From an uncultured Acidobacteriota bacterium (lineage in GTDB: Bacteria > Acidobacteriota > Thermoanaerobaculia > UBA5066 > Gp7-AA6): DNA of 64,000 nucleotides. The DNA lies in the NCBI GenBank assembly GCA_963797495.1, contig CAWCPN010000002.1, forward strand, positions 532,096 through 596,095, in the 5' to 3' direction. Of this stretch, positions 1 through 9,930 are shown one piece after another. The notes under the pieces were generated by a model that did not search any database, was not told the DNA's origin, and saw only the letters and a program-made list of their open reading frames with translations. How positions within the stretch are numbered: position 1 is the first letter of the stretch; each line of letters begins with the position of its first letter. The position numbers and the translations under genes were made by a program.

Positions 1-822
1 GGCGGCCGACCCGACGAGCCGGAGGTGCCGATCGGAGGCGAGATCCCGGCGGCGCCGGGGGCCGGCATCGAAAAGTTCCTCGAGGGCAGCGGCGACTTGC
101 TGACCGACCTCGGCGCGATCGCCAAGTCGCTCAAGGCCATCCTCGGCCGGACCGAGAAGGGCGAGGGCCTGCTCGGCGCGCTGACCTCCGCGAGCCCGGA
201 GAGCGCGGAGCTCGGCAACAGCTTCAACGACGCCCTGCACTCCCTGAACGCGATCCTGAAGAAGATCGACCAGGGCAAGGGCCTCGTGGGCAAACTCCTC
301 GTCGACGAGAGGTACGCCAGGGAAACCAGCGAATCCCTCGCCGGAGCGATCCGCTCCGTGCAGTCCCTGCTCGCGCAGATCGACGAGGGCGTTCGCACCG
401 GCAACGGCGCGATCCCGGCTCTCCTCTCGGATCCGGAAGGCAAGAAGAAGGTCTATGCGCTCGTCGACGATCTCGCCACGGCCGCCGCCGGGCTCGCCGT
501 GGTCGCCCAGAACCTCGAGAAGGGCAGCGGGGCCATCCCGATCCTTCTCAACGACCCGCAGTTCGGCAAGGAGTTCACCAAGAACCTCCAGAGCTTCTCG
601 ATGCACCTCGACTCGATCAGCAAGAAACTCGACGAGGGCGACGGCACCGCGGGCAAGCTCATCAACGATCCCTCGGTCTTCGACGCCGCGCACCGGCTCG
701 TCGTTGGCGTGGACCAGTCGCCGATCCTGCGCTGGCTGGTCAAGGACCGCCAGAAATCGGGCATCCGGAAGGAATACAAGGACGCCGTCAAGGCCGGGGA
801 AATCGAGCCGATGCCCGAGTGA
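1..822 (+). CDS. MlaD/Mce-family periplasmic protein, C-terminal fragment; the frame is open to position 1, so the start lies upstream of the window
   Basis: Repeated G..GKLLNDP-type motifs typical of MlaD/Mce paralog C-termini. The frame is open from nt 1 and stops with TGA at 820-822. Confidence 0.6.
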   Translation, partial: GGRPDEPEVPIGGEIPAAPGAGIEKFLEGSGDLLTDLGAIAKSLKAILGRTEKGEGLLGALTSASPESAELGNSFNDALHSLNAILKKIDQGKGLVGKLLVDERYARETSESLAGAIRSVQSLLAQIDEGVRTGNGAIPALLSDPEGKKKVYALVDDLATAAAGLAVVAQNLEKGSGAIPILLNDPQFGKEFTKNLQSFSMHLDSISKKLDEGDGTAGKLINDPSVFDAAHRLVVGVDQSPILRWLVKDRQKSGIRKEYKDAVKAGEIEPMPE

Positions 823-1794
823 GAGTCCTCGTGACGGGGGGTGCGGGTTTCATCGGCTCGCACCTGACGGACCGCCTGCTGGCGCGCGGCGACCGCGTCA
901 CGGTCCTCGACGACTTCAATGACTTCTACGACCCGGCCCTCAAACGCGCCAATTCCGCAGTCCATGCCCGACAACCGGCGTTCCGGCTCGTGGAGGGCGA
1001 CATCCGGGACCGCGCCCTCGTCTTCCGGCTCTTCGCCGAGGAGCGGTTCGATGCGGTCGCGCACCTCGCGGCCCGCGCGGGCGTCCGCCCGTCCCTCGCG
1101 CAGCCGGTGCTCTACGAGGAGGTCAACTGCGTCGGAACCCTGCATCTGCTCGAGGCCGCGGTCGCGCACGGCCGGCCGCGCTTCGTCTTCGCGTCCTCGT
1201 CCTCGGTCTATGGCCTCAATTCCAAGCTCCCCTTCTCCGAGGAGGATCCCGATCGAGCGGCCGGCGTCTCCGTACGCCGCAACCAAGCGCGCCGGCGAGC
1301 TCCATGTCTTCACGGCCCACCACCTTCACGGGCTGCCGGCGATCTGCCTGCGCTTTTTCACCGTCTACGGCCCGCGCCAGCGCCCGGAGATGGCGATCGC
1401 GCGGTTCATTCGAAGCGTCGAGGCCGGGGAGTCCGTTCCGTTCTACGGCGACGGAAGCTCGCGGCGGGACTACACGTACGTCGACGACATCGGCGAGGGC
1501 CTGCTCGCAGCCCTGGACCGGACGTTCGGGTTCGAGATCGTGAACCTCGGGGGCGCCCGCCCGGTCACCCTCGACGAGCTCGTCGCAGCCGTCGAAACCG
1601 CGACCGGACGCACGGCCCGGCTCCTGCGCCAGCCCGACCAGCCGGGCGATGTTCCGGTCACGTTCGCATCGACGGAGAAGGCAGAGCGGCTCCTGGGTTT
1701 CCGCGCCCGCGTGCCGCTTCCCGAGGGGCTCCGGCGGTCGGTCGCGTGGCACCGCTCCGCGTATCCCGGGACCCCGAGCGCGAAAGCGTCATGA
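819..1794 (+). CDS. NAD-dependent nucleotide-sugar epimerase/dehydratase (UDP-glucuronate 4-epimerase-like), interrupted by a single 1-nt frameshift near 1248
   Basis: The N-terminus [13 protein letters not shown] sits in the frame of 819 and the remainder (ASPYAATKRAGEL...FFTVYGPRQRPEMA) in the frame of 919. The join is at a ccc run in gatcccgat. The GTG start overlaps the upstream TGA (GTGA). Confidence 0.75.
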
Positions 1795-3089
1795 ACATCT
1801 GCATGGTCGGGACGGGCTACGTGGGGCTGGTCACCGGGGCCTGCCTCGCCGACTTCGGCATGAACGTCGTCTGCGTAGACAAGGACAGCGAGAAGATCGC
1901 GGCTCTGCAGCAGGGGCGGATCCCGATCTACGAGCCCGGGCTCGAAGAGGTCATCGCGCGCAACGAGCGTGCCGGCCGCCTGCGGTTCACGACTGGCCTG
2001 AAAGCCGGAATCGAAGACGCTCTCGCCATCTTCATCGCCGTCGGGACGCCGCCGAAGCCCGACGGCTCCCCGGACCTGACGTTCGTTCGGCAGGTCGCGG
2101 AAGCCATCGCGGAGCACATGAACGGCTACAAGGTCGTCGTCACGAAGTCGACGGTCCCGACGGGAACCGGCCGGATGATCGAAGAAATCATCCGCGGCGG
2201 CAACGGCCGCCATGAATTCTCCGTCGCGTCGAACCCCGAATTCCTGCGCGAGGGGTCCGCCGTCGCCGACTTCCTGCGGCCCGACCGCGTGGTCATCGGG
2301 GCCGGCGATGCCCGGGCGGTCGAGGTCCTCAAGGAAATCTACAGCCCCCTGTTTCTGGTCGAAACGCCCTTCGTCATCACCGACGTCGCATCGGCCGAGC
2401 TCATCAAGTACGCATCCAACGGCTTCCTGGCGGTCAAGATCTCGTTCATCAACGAGATCGCGACGATGTGCGAACTCATGGGCGCCGACGTCCACGACGT
2501 CGCACGGGGCATGGGCCTCGACCGCCGCATCGGGGGCAAGTTCCTCCACCCGGGCCCCGGCTTCGGCGGCTCGTGTTTCCCCAAGGACACGGCCGCGGCG
2601 GCCGACCTGGCGCGGCAAAACGGCTACACGTTCGAGATCATCGAGGCGGCCATCCGCGCCAACGAGAAGACGAAGGCGCGCATGATCGACAAGATCGCGG
2701 CGGCCGTCGGGCCCCTCGCCGGAAAGACCGCCGCGGTCCTCGGCCTGTCGTTCAAGCCCGAGACCGACGACATCCGGGAATCGCCCGCCCTCGTGGTGGT
2801 CCGAGACCTCCTCGCGGCCGGCGCCCGCGTCCGGGCCTTCGACCCGGCGGCAATTCCCAACGCCCGCGCCGTCTTCCCCGATCTGCACTATGCCGGGGAC
2901 GCCTATGCGTGCGCGACGGGGGCCGATTTTCTGGTCCTGGCCACGGAGTGGAACGCGTTCCGCAAGCTCGACCTGCAGCGCCTCGCCGCCGGGATGCGCT
3001 CCAGGACCATGATCGATCTGAGAAACGTCTACGAGCCGGCGGAGCTGCGGCGGCTCGGCTGGACCTACACGGGGGTCGGACGGGGATGA
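1791..3089 (+). CDS. ugd: UDP-glucose 6-dehydrogenase
   Basis: [16 protein letters not shown] Rossmann motif, catalytic [10 protein letters not shown] and a KYASNGFLA central helix, for about 432 aa. The ATGA overlap joins it to the upstream epimerase stop. Confidence 0.9.
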   Translation: MNICMVGTGYVGLVTGACLADFGMNVVCVDKDSEKIAALQQGRIPIYEPGLEEVIARNERAGRLRFTTGLKAGIEDALAIFIAVGTPPKPDGSPDLTFVRQVAEAIAEHMNGYKVVVTKSTVPTGTGRMIEEIIRGGNGRHEFSVASNPEFLREGSAVADFLRPDRVVIGAGDARAVEVLKEIYSPLFLVETPFVITDVASAELIKYASNGFLAVKISFINEIATMCELMGADVHDVARGMGLDRRIGGKFLHPGPGFGGSCFPKDTAAAADLARQNGYTFEIIEAAIRANEKTKARMIDKIAAAVGPLAGKTAAVLGLSFKPETDDIRESPALVVVRDLLAAGARVRAFDPAAIPNARAVFPDLHYAGDAYACATGADFLVLATEWNAFRKLDLQRLAAGMRSRTMIDLRNVYEPAELRRLGWTYTGVGRG

Positions 3090-4054
3090 TGAAAGACACG
3101 GGCATGCGCGTCCTGGTGACCGGAGGCGCGGGATTCCTGGGCAGCCACCTCTGCGACCGGCTGCTCCACGAGGGCCACGAGGTCATCGCGATGGACAACC
3201 TCCTGACGGGGAACATGCGCAACCTCGCGCACCTCGAGGAGGAGCGCCGGTTTCGTTTCGTGCGGCACAACGTCGCCGAATACATCTTCGTCGACGGCCC
3301 GGTCGACGCGGTGCTGCACTTCGCCTCCCCCGCGTCTCCGATCGACTACCTCGAGCACCCGATCCAGACGCTCAAGGTGGGGTCGCTCGGCACCCACAAT
3401 GCCCTCGGCCTCGCCCTCGCCAAGAAGTCCCGATTCCTGCTCGCCTCGACGTCCGAGGTCTACGGCGACCCGCTCGTGCACCCGCAACCGGAGTCCTACT
3501 GGGGCAACGTGAATCCGATCGGCCCCCGGGGCGTCTACGACGAGGCCAAGCGTTTTGCGGAGGCCATGACGATGGCCTACCGCCGCGCCCACGGAGTGGA
3601 TACGCGCATCGTCCGGATCTTCAACACGTACGGCGAGCGCATGCGGCCGCGCGACGGCCGCGTCGTCCCGGCCCTCATCTGCCAGGCCCTGGCCGGCGAG
3701 CCGCTGACCGTCTTCGGCGACGGCTCGCAGACCCGGTCCTTCTGCTACGTGTCCGACCTCGTGGACGGCATCTACCGGCTGCTCCATTCCGACGCCGGGG
3801 AACCGGTCAACATCGGCAACCCCGCCGAGCTCTCGGTTCTCGACTTCGCGAAAACGATCCGGAGCCTCACCGGCACGAAGAGCGAGATCGTCTTCAAGCC
3901 CCTGCCGGTCGACGACCCGAAGGTCCGACAGCCCGACATCACGAAAGCGCGCACGCGGCTCGGGTGGGAGCCCCGGATCCGGCTCGAGGAAGGTCTCGGG
4001 CGCACGATCGAGTACTTTCGCGGCCTGCCCGCCGACGCCCGAAGCCCGAACTAG
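3086..4054 (+). CDS. UDP-glucuronate decarboxylase (UDP-xylose synthase / ArnA C-domain-like SDR)
   Basis: [19 protein letters not shown], the YDEAKRFAE catalytic YxxxK and a GDGSQTRSF motif, for about 322 aa. The ATGA overlap joins it to the ugd stop. Confidence 0.85.
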   Translation: MMKDTGMRVLVTGGAGFLGSHLCDRLLHEGHEVIAMDNLLTGNMRNLAHLEEERRFRFVRHNVAEYIFVDGPVDAVLHFASPASPIDYLEHPIQTLKVGSLGTHNALGLALAKKSRFLLASTSEVYGDPLVHPQPESYWGNVNPIGPRGVYDEAKRFAEAMTMAYRRAHGVDTRIVRIFNTYGERMRPRDGRVVPALICQALAGEPLTVFGDGSQTRSFCYVSDLVDGIYRLLHSDAGEPVNIGNPAELSVLDFAKTIRSLTGTKSEIVFKPLPVDDPKVRQPDITKARTRLGWEPRIRLEEGLGRTIEYFRGLPADARSPN

Positions 4055-4338
4055 GGTCCCGACCCCTCCGCGCCGTCGCAGCCGATCGCCTCGACCGGGC
4101 ACGAATCCATGGCCTCCTGGCACTGGGCCTCCTCGTCCGGCGTTTCGGGCTGCTTCGCGACGTAGGAGTAGCCACGGTTCTCGTTGCGCTGGAAGCTGGC
4201 GGGGGCGGTCACGCGGCAGACGTCGCAGTCGATGCACTGCGCGTCCACGTAGTACTTTCCGGCGACGCTTTCCGCCACCTTGTCCTTGCGGTCCGCCACG
4301 AGGGCGGGAACCTTAGCACGGCGCCGGATGCGGGCCAA
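4051..4338 (-). CDS. Small single-cluster [3Fe-4S]/[4Fe-4S] ferredoxin
   Basis: [18 protein letters not shown]...CPVEAI cysteine pattern. The N-terminal extent is uncertain because the only Met is at the ORF start. Confidence 0.6.
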   Translation of the reverse strand: MARIRRRAKVPALVADRKDKVAESVAGKYYVDAQCIDCDVCRVTAPASFQRNENRGYSYVAKQPETPDEEAQCQEAMDSCPVEAIGCDGAEGSGP

Positions 4339-4394
4339 ATGAAGGTTGCGTCAAGGGCGGCGGCCGCCCGGATCCCTGGGCTAGACTCCCGCGC

Positions 4395-4790
4395 GTGCGC
4401 GCGCGGGCACTCCTGGCGCTGGTCGTGGGCAGCCTGTCGGCCGCATGCGACAACGCCCCGCTTCCGGACGGGGCGCGCGCCGACCGCGACCAGGCGGCGG
4501 GCCGGCGGATCTACGAGCGCAAGTGCGCCTCGTGCCACAACACGAACGGGGACGGAAAGACGATCGTTGCCGGCCACTTCCCGTACGCGAACCTTCTCGA
4601 CGGGCGGTGGCGATCCGACGGGACCGCGGGCGCGATCGAAAGGCAGATTCGCCAGGGGCACGACCCGATGCCGAAGTTCGAGGGTAAACTGACGGACGAG
4701 GAGATCCGGCAGACGGTGGCCTACGTGCTCGCTCTCTCGGGGACCGGCGCGGTCGACGGTGCAGGACCGGCGACGGGCGCAAGGCCATGA
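4395..4790 (+). CDS. Class I c-type cytochrome, lipoprotein-anchored
   Basis: GTG start, signal peptide with lipobox (LSAAC) and a single CASCH heme-binding motif. Confidence 0.8.
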   Translation: MRARALLALVVGSLSAACDNAPLPDGARADRDQAAGRRIYERKCASCHNTNGDGKTIVAGHFPYANLLDGRWRSDGTAGAIERQIRQGHDPMPKFEGKLTDEEIRQTVAYVLALSGTGAVDGAGPATGARP

Positions 4791-5425
4791 GAATCCCGCT
4801 CTTCCCCCTGCCCGGCGTCGTTCTCCTGCCCGGCACGATCCTGCCCCTCCACATCTTCGAGCCCCGCTACCGGGCCCTGGTGGGCGATGCGCTCGCCGGC
4901 GATCGCACGATCGGCATGGCCATGCTCCGCCCCGGGTGGGAGGCCTCGGACGCCGACGACCCGAAGATCTACCCGATCGGCGGAGCCGGCGAGATCGTCG
5001 AGTCGGAAGAGCTGGAGGACGGCCGATTCAACATCCTGCTCGAGGGCCGCTTCCGGTATCGGATCGTGGAGGAATCGCCCTCCGACCCCTATCGGACGGC
5101 CCGCGTCGAGCCGGTCCGGTCCGTTCCCTTCACCGATCCGGCCGAAGAGGGCCGCGTCACCCGCGCCGCCGGCGCGCTCTTCGGCGGAATCGCCCGCGAG
5201 CTCGGCCTGCCGCCGCTGCCGGACGAGTCGCTCTCCCCGGAACGCCTCGCTTCCGAGATTGCCCTCCGTCTGCGCTACGCTCCGGCGGAACTCCAGTCGA
5301 TCCTCGAGACCGACTCCGTCGCGGCGCGCTTCGAGACCCTCGCCGGGCGAATGCTCGAGTGGAAGAGTCGCCTGCGGTTCCTGGAGCCGTTCCGGCCATC
5401 CGACCTCGACCCGCGGCGGAACTGA
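4787..5425 (+). CDS. Standalone LON N-terminal (substrate-binding) domain protein
   Basis: LFPLPGVVLLPGTILPLHIFEPRYR matches the Lon N-domain. No AAA or protease domain follows. Its ATG overlaps the cytochrome c stop (ATGA). Confidence 0.75.
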   Translation: MRIPLFPLPGVVLLPGTILPLHIFEPRYRALVGDALAGDRTIGMAMLRPGWEASDADDPKIYPIGGAGEIVESEELEDGRFNILLEGRFRYRIVEESPSDPYRTARVEPVRSVPFTDPAEEGRVTRAAGALFGGIARELGLPPLPDESLSPERLASEIALRLRYAPAELQSILETDSVAARFETLAGRMLEWKSRLRFLEPFRPSDLDPRRN

Positions 5426-5576
5426 CGTCCGTCGCGCGAGGCGCCGGCGGACGTCATCCCGAGGGCCGCAGGCCCGAGGGATCCCGAACTCGAGACGCCC
5501 CGCCAGGTCGAAGTCCGGATCCCGAACTCGAGAGCCCCCCGGCGCTTGTCCGCGGGATCGCTCGGCGCTTCGCCGA

Positions 5577-7082
5577 TCAGTTCCGCGACGCGTTCAGGGC
5601 GCGTTCGTGGGCCCAGCTGCGGATCTGCTTGATCTGCTCTTCCATGGTCACGGCCAGCGGGACCGTGGCGGAGATCATCCGGTACATGTCGTCCTCGGAG
5701 AGGGCTCGGCTCTCGGCGTAGGCGTCGACCACGGCGGAGACGACGGCCTGTTCGATCTCGGCGCCGTTCCATCCGTTGGTGGCCTTGGCGAGGAAGACGA
5801 GATCGAAGCGACCGACGTCGCACCGGGCCTTCTTCAGGTGGATGGCGAAAATCTGCTTGCGCTCCTCCTCGTTCGGAAGATCGACGAAGAACACCTGGTC
5901 GAACCGGCCCTTGCGGATGATCTCGGCCGGCAGGAGGTGGATCCGGTTTGCGGTCGCGGCCACGAAAACGAGCGCGGATTTTTCCTGCATCCACGTCAGA
6001 AAGCCCGAAAAGATCCGCGACATCGACGCGTCCTGCCCTTCCCGATATCCGCCCACGCCCATCTCGATCTCGTCGATCCAGAGCACCGCCGGGGAGACCG
6101 CCTCCACGGCCCGGAGCGCGCGGAGAAAGGTCATCTCCGCGTTGTCGGTCCCGAAGACCGCGTTCATGTCGAGGCGAAAGAGGGGCAGGTTCCAGAGCGT
6201 CGAAATCGTCTTGACGCAGAGACTCTTTCCGCAACCCGAGATTCCCATCAGGAGGACCCCCTTCGGGATGGGGATCCCGGCGTCGAGGGCGTCGCGAGAG
6301 AACAGCGCCTGGCGCTTCAGGAGCCATTCCTTCAGGACGTCGTAGCCTCCGATGTCCTCGAGCGAGAAGCGCGGAGGCACGAACTCGAGCACGCCTTCCT
6401 TGCGCGACATCTGTTCCTTCTCGGCGAGCACTTCGAAGTAGGCCGCCTCGTCGAACGCCTTCCGGGAGGCGAAGATCTTGGACACGAGGTGCCCGACCTC
6501 GTCCGCCGTGAGCCCCCGCATCGCCAGGCCGAGCCGGCGCATCGAGGCCTCGTCGATGTCGACCGAAAGCCGGCGCCGCAGGTGCCCCTCGAGGAGTTTC
6601 GCGATCTCGGAGTCGTCGGGCAGCTCGTATTCGACGACGTAGATCTCCTTCTTGGCCTCCTCGGGGATCGCCAGGCGCGGCGAAACGAAGAGGACGTGCC
6701 GCCCGCGGTCCTTGAGCGCGCGGTACAGATCGCGCACCCGCCGAACGATCTCCGGCCGCCCGTCCCCCGTCACCGGGAAGTCCTTGAGCAGGTAGAAGCC
6801 CTTGCCGGTCGCGTTCAGGATCGCCTCGAGCGCCCGCACCGGATCCTCGGTGCCCGGCACGGGCGTGCCGTCGACGACGAGGCCTTCGACCACGGACCAG
6901 ACGCCGTACGGGCACGGCGCTCCGTAAAAGGTCTTCGCGAGGTGCTGCGTGAAGCGCTCGACGCGCGTCTCCTCCCACGTCAGGACGTAGACGAGTGGAT
7001 GACCACCGAGAAGCGCCTTCCGAATCCGGTCCATGGCCTTGGTGGGCGCCGCAATCGGCATCGGCGTCGCGACGGTGCTCAT
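5577..7082 (-). CDS. AAA+ ATPase, Ycf46-like (N-terminal domain plus C-terminal AAA module)
   Basis: Walker A GISGCGKS, Walker B VLWIDEIE, sensor-1 ATANR, and arginine finger RKGRFDQ, in a 501-aa protein. Confidence 0.8.
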   Translation of the reverse strand: MSTVATPMPIAAPTKAMDRIRKALLGGHPLVYVLTWEETRVERFTQHLAKTFYGAPCPYGVWSVVEGLVVDGTPVPGTEDPVRALEAILNATGKGFYLLKDFPVTGDGRPEIVRRVRDLYRALKDRGRHVLFVSPRLAIPEEAKKEIYVVEYELPDDSEIAKLLEGHLRRRLSVDIDEASMRRLGLAMRGLTADEVGHLVSKIFASRKAFDEAAYFEVLAEKEQMSRKEGVLEFVPPRFSLEDIGGYDVLKEWLLKRQALFSRDALDAGIPIPKGVLLMGISGCGKSLCVKTISTLWNLPLFRLDMNAVFGTDNAEMTFLRALRAVEAVSPAVLWIDEIEMGVGGYREGQDASMSRIFSGFLTWMQEKSALVFVAATANRIHLLPAEIIRKGRFDQVFFVDLPNEEERKQIFAIHLKKARCDVGRFDLVFLAKATNGWNGAEIEQAVVSAVVDAYAESRALSEDDMYRMISATVPLAVTMEEQIKQIRSWAHERALNASRN

Positions 7083-7133
7083 CGGTCGGATTGTAACGCG
7101 CCTTCCGCGATGGGCCGGTTACAATGGCGACGC

Positions 7134-8570
7134 ATGGCCAATCCCGAACATCTGCGCATGCTCCAGTCACCGGAGTGGAACGACTGGCGCGCTCGAAACC
7201 CCAACGTCACCCCGGATCTGACGGGGGCGGAGCTTGCCGGCAAGGACCTCTCCGGCAAGGATCTGAAGCGTGCCGACCTGACCCGGGCCGACCTCTCGAA
7301 GGCCACCCTCGCCGGTACCGACCTGACGCGGGCGACGCTTCACAACGCCAGGTTCGCCGGGGCCCAGGCGCCCGGCGCCGTCCTCGAGCACTGCGCCCTC
7401 GATTTTCTCGATTTCTCCGGCGTCTTCCTGGCCGGAGCGCGCTTTCGCTCGGCCTCGCTGCAGAGTGCGACGTTCGTCGGAGCGGACCTCGCGGGCTCCG
7501 ACCTCTCGTTCACGCGGCTGGAGGGCGCCGACCTCTCCAACGCCAACCTGGCCGGCTCGAACCTGCGCGACGTGAACTTTCGCGGCGTCAAGGTCGCCGG
7601 CGCCCATTTCGACGGCGCGGACCTCTCCCGCGCCGTGCTCGAGGGCGTCTCGGCCGTGCGGGGATCGTTCCCCAACGCCAACTTCTCCGGAGCCAACCTC
7701 AAGACGGCCGACCTGACCGGCGCGGATCTGAGGAAGGCCAACTTCGCGGGAGCGTTGCTACGCCAGGCGGCCATGAACGCCGCCGACTGCGAGCGCGCCG
7801 AATTCACCGATGCCGACATGGAGCTCGTCTCGGCGGTCGAAGCCAACTTCACCGCCGCCGGTTTCGACCGGGCCAAGGTCCGCAAGGCCGACCTGCGCCG
7901 CGCGGTCTTCCTCGACGCGGGAGGCGCCGACGTCAGCTTCTCCGAGGCCAAGCTCACCGAGGTCGATCTGCGCACCGCGCGATTCGAGAAGGCCAACTTT
8001 CAGAATGCCGACCTCTCCAAGGTCGTCCTGCGGCGCGCCAACCTGAAGCCCTACTCCTTCGTCGGGGCGTCGTTCTCCGGTGCGGACCTGGCGGAGGTCC
8101 AGGCCGAGGGTGTCAACTTCTCGCGCGCGGACCTCTCCCTCGGCTCCTTCCGGCAGGCCAACCTCAAGCGGGCGGACTTTTCCGGGAGCAAGGGCTTCGA
8201 CGCGGACCTGTCGGGAGCGCTGCTGATCGGAGCCAATTTCACCGACGCGAGTCTGCAGGACGCCGACCTGCGGTTCGCCCGGGCGATCGGCGCGAACTTC
8301 ACCGGCGCCGACCTCAAGGGCGCGGACCTGGCCAACTCGGACTTTACCGAGGCGGTGTTCAAGAGAACCCGTTTCTGGGGTGCGACGGCCCGCCGGGCCA
8401 AGCCTCCGAAGGGCCACGGCATGCTCTTCTCACTTTCGACGTCCTTCTCGAAGGCCAAGGAAAAGAAGAGCAAGGCCTCGGACGAGAAGGAGGCCAAGCG
8501 CCAGAGGCGGATCGCCGAGCTCGAGGCCGAAGCGTCGAAGAAGGCCCCCCACTTGACCGGCAAGCGGTAG
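7134..8570 (+). CDS. Pentapeptide-repeat protein with a Lys/Glu-rich C-terminal tail
   Basis: More than 60 consecutive A(D/N)LxG-type pentapeptide repeats, then a KAKEKKSKASDEKEAKRQRRIAELEAEASKK tail. An alternative ATG lies at 7110. Confidence 0.85.
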   Translation: MANPEHLRMLQSPEWNDWRARNPNVTPDLTGAELAGKDLSGKDLKRADLTRADLSKATLAGTDLTRATLHNARFAGAQAPGAVLEHCALDFLDFSGVFLAGARFRSASLQSATFVGADLAGSDLSFTRLEGADLSNANLAGSNLRDVNFRGVKVAGAHFDGADLSRAVLEGVSAVRGSFPNANFSGANLKTADLTGADLRKANFAGALLRQAAMNAADCERAEFTDADMELVSAVEANFTAAGFDRAKVRKADLRRAVFLDAGGADVSFSEAKLTEVDLRTARFEKANFQNADLSKVVLRRANLKPYSFVGASFSGADLAEVQAEGVNFSRADLSLGSFRQANLKRADFSGSKGFDADLSGALLIGANFTDASLQDADLRFARAIGANFTGADLKGADLANSDFTEAVFKRTRFWGATARRAKPPKGHGMLFSLSTSFSKAKEKKSKASDEKEAKRQRRIAELEAEASKKAPHLTGKR

Positions 8571-8577
8571 GGCGGCG

Positions 8578-9924
8578 CTAGGGCTTCTTCGTCGGCTCCG
8601 GGGTCGGAGGCTTGAACGCCTTCGCGAACGCCGCCTGGATCTTCCCGGCGGCGCCCGAATCGATCACGAAGCCGCCGGGCCGCGAGGAGACGGTCGCCAC
8701 GGCGTCGCCTGGTCGCCGATGCACGGCGATCGTCCAGGCGTGCCCCGCCTGGGTCCGCACGACCACCGTCGCATCGGCCGCCGGCAGCGCCTTGGCCTGC
8801 GCGTCGTCGATGGTGCTCCGGCTCTTGACCGCGGAGATCGCGTTGAGGACGTCGTCGGCCGCCGCGGCGAGCACCGTCCGCTCCCCGGCGGTCCAGCCGG
8901 CGTTGCCCCGCTTGAGCGAATACTGGTCGGTTCCGAACGTGCCTTCGACCGCCGAGACGTCGCCCCGGTTGAACGCGACGAGCGCGCCGCTCCGGAAGGC
9001 CTCGGCCTCCTTGGACAGCTCGTCGACGATGTCCCGCTCCACCGTGAGGACCTGGCCGTCGCGCCGGGCGTAGATGGAGTTCCCGTCCGAACGGGTCGCA
9101 CCGAAGTCGACGGCCGCGACGGCCCCCTTCTCCCCCGTGAGACTGACCCTGTAGAGCGGCGGCCGGAGAGACAGCGCGGCCAGATCCTCGCCGGAGTGCA
9201 GGAACGCGTTCGCGCGCAGCCCCGTCAGCTGGCCGACGAGGCGATCGGCCTCGGCGGTGTCGGCCAGGTCCGACATCGGCTCCAAGAGCCACCAGGCCCC
9301 GTCCCGGCGGGCGAGCACGAGCCGGCCCCGTCCCCGTAGAATCTCGACGCGATCGACTCCGGCGGTGGACCCGTCGAAGACGTCGCGGCTTCGAAAATCG
9401 TCGACCGGCTTGCGGACCGCGGCGAGCACCGTCTTCGGTACGAAGAGCACCTTCGTCTGGCCCTGAACCCGCGCCGCGGTGATGTCGGTGCCCGGAATGT
9501 CCACCCCGAACTCGATCGCCCTCGTCCGGACGACCGTCGGGTCCCCGGCATCGGTCCAGGTCAGCTTCGCCGTCGCCACCGGCTTCTCGAGGCCATAGTC
9601 GGCGGGATTCGCCTCCGCCGAGTCCACGGAGGCGCGCTTGAGATCGGTCAGCTCGCCCGCGGCACCGTTGACCGCAAACGGGTCCGCAGGGTACGCGTCG
9701 GGCTTGACCATTCGCCACCGCGTGGATTCGGTCCGTTCGAATTCGACCGTCTCGCCGCCGCGCGTCAACGTGAGGCGCGTCAGGCGCTCTTCCGGAAGGT
9801 CCCAGTACAGGTCCCCCTTGCGCTGCCGTTCCGCCGTGGACGGCATCTTGCGCTCGAAGAGCAGGATGAAAGCGAAGAGCGCCGCGACGACGGCCGTCAG
9901 GACGATGAGCTTCTTCGCGGACAC
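8578..9924 (-). CDS. DUF4340-domain protein, accessory to the GldG-type ABC system
   Basis: N-terminal TM anchor followed by a periplasmic domain. It sits immediately downstream of gldG, as is typical for DUF4340, and starts with GTG. Confidence 0.7.
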   Translation of the reverse strand: MSAKKLIVLTAVVAALFAFILLFERKMPSTAERQRKGDLYWDLPEERLTRLTLTRGGETVEFERTESTRWRMVKPDAYPADPFAVNGAAGELTDLKRASVDSAEANPADYGLEKPVATAKLTWTDAGDPTVVRTRAIEFGVDIPGTDITAARVQGQTKVLFVPKTVLAAVRKPVDDFRSRDVFDGSTAGVDRVEILRGRGRLVLARRDGAWWLLEPMSDLADTAEADRLVGQLTGLRANAFLHSGEDLAALSLRPPLYRVSLTGEKGAVAAVDFGATRSDGNSIYARRDGQVLTVERDIVDELSKEAEAFRSGALVAFNRGDVSAVEGTFGTDQYSLKRGNAGWTAGERTVLAAAADDVLNAISAVKSRSTIDDAQAKALPAADATVVVRTQAGHAWTIAVHRRPGDAVATVSSRPGGFVIDSGAAGKIQAAFAKAFKPPTPEPTKKP

Positions 9925-9930
9925 GTCCGA

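Noticed and set aside
4339-4394. Sigma-70 promoter call in the ferredoxin / cytochrome c divergent region (TTGCGT ... TAGACT)
   Set aside because: The spacing is about 30 nt and the region is GC-rich. A promoter there cannot be supported from sequence alone.
7134-8400. Nucleotide-level periodicity that could be mistaken for a tandem-repeat or CRISPR-like array
   Set aside because: It is the 15-nt periodicity of pentapeptide-repeat coding sequence in a single long ORF. There are no conserved direct repeats with unique spacers.
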